Source of the DNA: an uncultured archaeon
Lineage (GTDB): Archaea > Asgardarchaeota > Jordiarchaeia > Jordiarchaeales > Jordiarchaeaceae
Assembly (NCBI GenBank): GCA_964510585.1
Contig: CAZECW010000114.1
Coordinates: 1 to 32,000 of the forward strand
Length of the DNA: 32,000 nt
Direction of reading: 5' to 3'
Within the stretch, counting starts at the first letter, position 1, and the number at the start of each line of letters is the position of its first letter. Both the position numbers and the translations under genes were made by a program. Positions 27,261 to 32,000 of the stretch are shown one piece after another. Under the pieces are notes generated by a model. The model searched no databases. It had not been told where the DNA came from and saw only the letters and a list, made by a program, of their open reading frames with translations.

Positions 27261-27711
27261 AAAACACAAAAAATTTTTGAATTAATGGAAGGATAACCTA
27301 TCATAATATATAAATAAAATGCGTTTTTTGTGATAGGACTTCTTATTTACTGAAAAAACTTTCTTGAAATTGTGAAAGTGGCAGGAGCAAAAAGAAGTAA
27401 GGTATGATACTTTGGGGAAAATTTGGATACTTTTTGAACAATTTTTACTGGTCTGGGGGCGAATCTGGAGGGCAAGCTTGTTCCTATCATTATTTATAAA
27501 TAATTTCGGATAGTTGTGATAGTAGCTATGTTGTGCTTATTGTACTTTTAAAGGGATATTTCTGAAAAAGACCATAAAATATATATACAGGATATATGAT
27601 ATTTCATACAAAAACCACCACTTCCACTCGTTTAGAAATAAATAAAATAATATTGACAGGTTTATTCGTCTTACCTACGGGAAAATCGGTGATTATTTCG
27701 AGGCGTCCTAG

Positions 27712-28008
27712 ATGATAGATGAATTACTAGGTTTGGGTAGATCAAAGACACGTTTGGATATTGTAAACCTCATGTTGGATGAGGGTAGACCCTTATCAGC
27801 TTCAGAGATAGCGGAAAAGCTGGGTATCAGCCTTAACGCTGCAAATATTGCTATCCACTATTTGAATAAGGCGCGTCTTTTGAATAAGGTTGAACGTGGC
27901 ATGTATGAGGTCAATGTTTATGCCTTCTGTAAGGCGTTTCTAACTTTTCTTTTAGGTTCTAAGGTTAGCGGTTATGCTGGTAAGAGTCTTGAAGAATACA
28001 CAAAGTGA
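27712..28008 (+). CDS. Small winged-helix (ArsR/MarR/TrmB-like) DNA-binding protein 1
   Basis: RPLSASEIAEKLGIS HTH, wing ending RGMYEVN, C-terminal hydrophobic helix. Confidence 0.85.
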   Translation: MIDELLGLGRSKTRLDIVNLMLDEGRPLSASEIAEKLGISLNAANIAIHYLNKARLLNKVERGMYEVNVYAFCKAFLTFLLGSKVSGYAGKSLEEYTK

Positions 28009-28028
28009 GTGGGAGGTGAAAAGCCAGG

Positions 28029-28307
28029 TTGAGTGGTCTATTAGACGATACGGTGCTGCGGCTCCGAGGTGGCAGTCTAAAGGTTCTATCGCTTCTATCC
28101 ATTTCGCACCGTCCCTTAAGGCCGGTTGAGATAGCGGATATTCTGGGCATGCAGCTCAACGATGTGGGAAAGTATCTTGTTAGGTTGGCTAGTAAAGGGC
28201 TGGTTTCGAAGGTTAACTTGAATGGCAATTCCACTGGTTACACTTCAAACCTAGATATTCTGGAACTTGTGCTGGACCATGAGCGTAGATTAAGGAATTT
28301 GGAGTAG
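28029..28307 (+). CDS. Small winged-helix protein 2
   Basis: GGAGGTGA RBS, TTG start, RPLRPVEIADILGM, RLASKGLV and GYTSN. Confidence 0.85.
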   Translation: MSGLLDDTVLRLRGGSLKVLSLLSISHRPLRPVEIADILGMQLNDVGKYLVRLASKGLVSKVNLNGNSTGYTSNLDILELVLDHERRLRNLE

Positions 28308-28334
28308 GGCCTGTTTAGGAATGGGGGCTGCTTT

Positions 28335-28634
28335 TTGAGTTCCGAGGATAGCGATAATCTTTTTGACAAGTTCGACAAGCTTATGAGGATGAGGGATAAT
28401 GCAAACAAGGTGCTCATCTACATTCTAACTAGCCCTAAGCCAGTGACTCCTAAGGAGCTTATGGATAACTTGGGTTTGACTGAGAATAGTGTTTGGAAGA
28501 CTGTTAGGCGATTGGAGGCAGATGGTTTTCTTAGATTGGTTGGTAGGGGGGAGTATGAGCCTAACTTGGGTTTGTTAACTGCGCTTCTTCTGTTTAAAGT
28601 GCAGGAGTTAATTAAAATGTTAGAAAAGAGATGA
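28335..28634 (+). CDS. Small winged-helix protein 3
   Basis: SPKPVTPKELMDNLG, RLEADGFL and RGEYEPN; close paralog of protein 4. Confidence 0.87.
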   Translation: MSSEDSDNLFDKFDKLMRMRDNANKVLIYILTSPKPVTPKELMDNLGLTENSVWKTVRRLEADGFLRLVGRGEYEPNLGLLTALLLFKVQELIKMLEKR

Positions 28635-28638
28635 TTGG

Positions 28639-28950
28639 ATGAGTGATGATGAAGAGCAGATTAGTTCCAAGGAGGCGTTTAATAAATTATTGAGGCTGGG
28701 CGAGTCCTCCATTCAGATAATTGAGTACATACTTTGCTCACCTAAACCCGTGACTCCTAAAGAACTGGTGGAAAAGTTGGGAATTACGGAAGGCACGGCT
28801 TGGAATGCGTTAAGCAGATTGCAGAAGATTGGTTTCCTTGTTACCAAAAGTAGGGGGGAGTACGAGGCAAATATAGGATTTATTTTAGCCATGGTTCTTT
28901 TCACACTAAGCGATATGGCTGAAAAATTGAGAGAAGTAAAGAGGAGGTGA
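28639..28950 (+). CDS. Small winged-helix protein 4
   Basis: SPKPVTPKELVEKLG, RLQKIGFL and RGEYEAN. Confidence 0.87.
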   Translation: MSDDEEQISSKEAFNKLLRLGESSIQIIEYILCSPKPVTPKELVEKLGITEGTAWNALSRLQKIGFLVTKSRGEYEANIGFILAMVLFTLSDMAEKLREVKRR

Positions 28951-28973
28951 ATACAAGGAGGAGTAACCGGAGA

Positions 28974-29165
28974 ATGGAAAAGTTTGCAGGCTATTAAAAT
29001 TTTCCGGGGAAGACATTTTCCACATCGAAACCATATTTTCCAGAATTGAGAGATAGACTTGGCGGCTCCTACAAAACATGGAAAGATTTGGGTTCGTTGG
29101 TCTTGTGGTTTAAATATGAGCCCAATCAAATAATCAGGTGTAGGAAGGATGTGTCCCAAATATAA
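28974..29165 (+). pseudogene. Probable decayed sixth winged-helix paralog
   Basis: AGGAGGAG RBS, ATG 28974, in-frame TAA at 28995, then the same frame reads SKPYFPELRDRLGGSYKTWKDLGSL..KYEPN. This echoes KPVTPKEL...LG...W...L and YEPN of proteins 3 and 4. Confidence 0.45.
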
Positions 29166-29301
29166 GATTCTTGGTGGCTAAAGCTCTGGAAATTGTTCTA
29201 AACGCTGACAAAGGGGATAAATGGTAAGAAGGAGGAACCAAAATGAATTAATTAAAATTTATGATTTAAAATTTAATTCAATGTGTTTGGAGGTTTAACA
29301 A

Positions 29302-29628
29302 ATGGAAGATGAAGATGTGTTTGAGGAAGGAGAGGCATTTGGGGGAGATTATAAGACTCTAATAAAGAAGTTAATTGATCCTAGAGCCAGAACTATGTAT
29401 TCCATCTTGGAACTTCTGCTTCAAAATGTGAAGAGTGAACCGGTTTCTGCCAGTAATATAAAGGATAAGCTGGGGATTTCTAAGCAGGCGGCTACCAATG
29501 CTGCGCGTAGGCTTGAGGAAACAGGATTCATAACCCGCACGCCTGAGGGATATATGGTAAATCAGGGATTCATAATAAATTTGTTAATCCAACTTGTTGG
29601 GGAAATCTTGAAAAAACTGGAGCTCTAA
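29302..29628 (+). CDS. Small winged-helix protein 5
   Basis: GGAGGT RBS, EPVSASNIKDKLGIS, RLEETGFI and GYMVN, with an acidic N-terminus. Confidence 0.87.
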   Translation: MEDEDVFEEGEAFGGDYKTLIKKLIDPRARTMYSILELLLQNVKSEPVSASNIKDKLGISKQAATNAARRLEETGFITRTPEGYMVNQGFIINLLIQLVGEILKKLEL

Positions 29629-29711
29629 ATCGAAAATTGGTAACTCAAAGAGCGTCCGCGAAGAAAAAGTAGAATAATCTGGAAGGTACTTGACAGAATC
29701 TTTGGAACTTT

Positions 29712-30821
29712 TTATATGGATATTTTCTCCAAGCCCTCAACTATGCTCTGGGTTCCCTTGCTTATTGCTACTTTTTCTAGGTCTGAACGTGTTACTATTT
29801 TACCCGTTTTTGCCGATAGGTAACATAGAAGAGCTACCTCTACAGCTTTTTTTGCCTCTTCGGGGGAGAAGGCTGGCTCCCTGTCGTTGAGTATGCATTC
29901 GGCGAAATGGGCATCCTCATTTCTAAATGAGATAATGTAATACATTGGAAAAGGTTCATGCTCCACATCAGGGCTGAACCACTGGTATCTGTGTTCGCCA
30001 GCTTCTTTGCTAGTCGAGAATATCTGCACCGGTTTTTTCCAGGAGTGATCCTCTAGAATAGTTCCCTCTGTTCCGTAAAATTCCAGTCTGTTGTTTGGAG
30101 GGCTAAACACTGTGTCGCTTACAACAACACTACCAACGCATCCGTTTTCAAATTTTAGAAGCATCATAGCGTTGTCCTCAGCCTTATTCTGCAGTTTTAT
30201 AATCTGCTTAGCTAGCCAGCAGTAAGCTGAATGCACGTCTCCTAACATCCAATTCAGTATGGCGAATTTGTGCACTGCAGCGTCCATTAACACGCCGCCG
30301 CCTGCTTTTTTTGGTGAGCCCTTCCAGTGTTCAGGCTTTGCAAGATCCGGGGTTTCATCCACACCCTCATAACCCCTTACGAGTATGGGGGTTCCTATCA
30401 GCCCAGTTTCCAGTGTTTTTTTGATGAGTTGATGTGCGGGTAGGAAGCGGTGGTTTTCTGCTATCATAAGTTTCACTCCAGCCTTTCTTGCCGCCTTTAT
30501 CATTTTGTCGCACTCTTCAAGAGTTGGGGCCATAGGTTTCTCACAGAGAATGTGTTTACCAGCCTCTGCCGCTGCGACGGTTAGCTCGGCGTGTAGGTGG
30601 TGGGGGAGGGCTATGAGAACTGCATCAATATCATCATTTTTCATAATGTCTTGATAATTCCTGGTTACTGTTAGATTGTAAATATCGGCCAATTTCTTAG
30701 CGTTTTCATAGTTCACATCAAAGGCAGATACTAGCTTAATCTTGTCCACATATTTACATGCCGAAGCGTGAAAATGAGCCGCTGTCCCGCATCCCAAAAC
30801 ACCAATTTTAACTTGTCTCAT
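29712..30821 (-). CDS. Gfo/Idh/MocA family NAD(P)-dependent oxidoreductase
   Basis: GVLGCG, PHHLH, GKHILCEKPMA, AENHRF, GGGVLMD-x-x-VH and YGTEG. Confidence 0.92.
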   Translation of the reverse strand: MRQVKIGVLGCGTAAHFHASACKYVDKIKLVSAFDVNYENAKKLADIYNLTVTRNYQDIMKNDDIDAVLIALPHHLHAELTVAAAEAGKHILCEKPMAPTLEECDKMIKAARKAGVKLMIAENHRFLPAHQLIKKTLETGLIGTPILVRGYEGVDETPDLAKPEHWKGSPKKAGGGVLMDAAVHKFAILNWMLGDVHSAYCWLAKQIIKLQNKAEDNAMMLLKFENGCVGSVVVSDTVFSPPNNRLEFYGTEGTILEDHSWKKPVQIFSTSKEAGEHRYQWFSPDVEHEPFPMYYIISFRNEDAHFAECILNDREPAFSPEEAKKAVEVALLCYLSAKTGKIVTRSDLEKVAISKGTQSIVEGLEKISI

Positions 30822-31121
30822 TGTTTTCTACTCCTTAAAACCAAGTGTAATACATTCTCCAAATACTTAGTTTATTTTTTCTATATTACTGGAATTTAAC
30901 CCTAATTGTAATATGATGTTATCTGCAAACTTATCAATTAAAATCATAGTAAGGCAGGTTTCCCTCACACTTAATGCATTCTATGATGTAAGACTTGTGC
31001 CCGCCTCCTTATAGAAAAACTAAAATAGTGAGAATACGTGAATAATCTGAAATCTTTTGAGTGGTTAGGAAAAATAATTTTGTTATTGGACGTTAAATTG
31101 TTTTGAGAAGAGGGTTTACCT

Positions 31122-32000
31122 ATGACGGTGTACGTGAATTTTCACTTCCACTTGAACATGTTCTATGCAGAGTATACGGATGAGGAAGTGATTAGGCGTT
31201 TTCCAAACATTTATAGGGCTTTGCTGGATTTTTTTGACCGCTTTCCAGAGATTAGGGCGGGTTGGGATATTGAGTCTTCCCGATCCATTAATTTTCTCAA
31301 GAGAGCCGCCCCCGACGTCATTGAAAGAATTAACAAGGGTATTGAGAGGGGCCAGTTTGAAATTTTGCTAGACACTTGGAGTTTTAGTCTTCCTTCTATG
31401 CATACGGGTGAAGAGTTTGATTTTCAGCACAAGTTGGCCTTAAAGACTTTAAGTGAAACTTTTAAGCGAGTCTCTAAAGGGTATTTTGCCCAAGAGTGCT
31501 CCTACCACTCTGCTATGCCCATCCTTTTGCGAAGGAACGGCGTGGAGTATTATGTGACTCAAATGGCTGCAGTTCGCAACTGGGTGGAAGATCTATCGGA
31601 TCTAGATTACAGGATGCATGAGTTGGTTGCCTTTGATGGCAAAACTACTATTCCCTGTGTGTTTTTCATAACTGGTGTTGTGGAGGATCCAGTTTCCAAG
31701 ATAAAAGAAATGAAAGACCATAAGTTTGGCGATGTTCTAGTCGTAATCTTGGAGGACGCTGAGGTTTTGCGAACAGACGTACTTGAAGGATACATAAAAG
31801 AGTTTGAGAAGTTAAAATATGTGAAGTACACTCTTTGCAGCGATTTTGTACGCAGAGCAAAGGTGGGAAGACGCTTAAACGCTCAAGATTTAACTTGGGT
31901 TACAGGTCCCTATGATCACCTGCTTTGGGTTAGGGATCCTTGGGATCAGCATTTATGGACCTTGAATGAAAACGCTAGACAAGAAATTCGCAAAGCAGAG
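31122..32000 (+). CDS. Glycoside hydrolase family 57-like protein (partial, runs off the window edge; absent from the ORF track)
   Basis: Manual translation gives 293 open codons from ATG 31122: MTVYVNFHFHLNMFYAEY...GQFEILL...GYFAQECSY...ILEDAE...TWV. These resemble the GH57 H-x-H, nucleophile (x)E, D-x-E acid/base and S/T-W regions. Confidence 0.72.
   Translation, partial: MTVYVNFHFHLNMFYAEYTDEEVIRRFPNIYRALLDFFDRFPEIRAGWDIESSRSINFLKRAAPDVIERINKGIERGQFEILLDTWSFSLPSMHTGEEFDFQHKLALKTLSETFKRVSKGYFAQECSYHSAMPILLRRNGVEYYVTQMAAVRNWVEDLSDLDYRMHELVAFDGKTTIPCVFFITGVVEDPVSKIKEMKDHKFGDVLVVILEDAEVLRTDVLEGYIKEFEKLKYVKYTLCSDFVRRAKVGRRLNAQDLTWVTGPYDHLLWVRDPWDQHLWTLNENARQEIRKAE

Noticed and set aside
27406-27433. 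Direct repeat GATACTTT twice, 20 bp apart, in the herA/wHTH intergenic region
   Set aside because: Only two 8-mers in AT-rich DNA; plausible by chance and not a CRISPR or iteron array.
27965-29159. Minus-strand ORFs of 89 aa and 148 aa over the wHTH array
   Set aside because: Antisense shadows of well-supported plus-strand genes.
23493-29628. Integrated virus or plasmid explanation for the herA/wHTH block
   Set aside because: No integrase, att repeat, tRNA target, replication or capsid gene is visible. Horizontal origin remains possible but is unsupported here.

Overview
Gene-dense archaeal window: archaeal TATA boxes, GGTGA/GGAGG ribosome-binding sites, a thermosome, a tungsten/molybdenum aldehyde:ferredoxin oxidoreductase (AOR), and HerA/NurA. 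The gene mix fits an uncultivated heterotrophic archaeon, possibly Asgard (Jord/Freyarchaeia-like) or Bathyarchaeia; that placement is inference only. From left to right: (1) an IS630-family element, absent from the ORF track, that has cut a 3-hydroxyacyl-CoA dehydrogenase paralog; (2) a thermosome paralog with degenerate ATPase motifs and a coiled-coil tail; (3) an acyl-CoA dehydrogenase fused to a winged helix; (4) a catabolic cluster of a non-AHAS ThDP enzyme, two GlcD paralogs, GlcF, IlvD, an orphan and an IolD-like hydrolase; (5) a DUF362-AOR-MoaD / SCP2-Fe-ADH aldehyde redox locus; (6) the least explained part, a herA-nurA operon with no mre11/rad50 in this window, ending in a multi-winged-helix orphan and transcribed divergently from five small paralogous winged-helix genes plus a decayed sixth copy; (7) a Gfo/Idh/MocA oxidoreductase and a partial GH57-like gene. 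No rRNA, tRNA or CRISPR array was seen. All calls come from reading motifs by eye; no database search was run.
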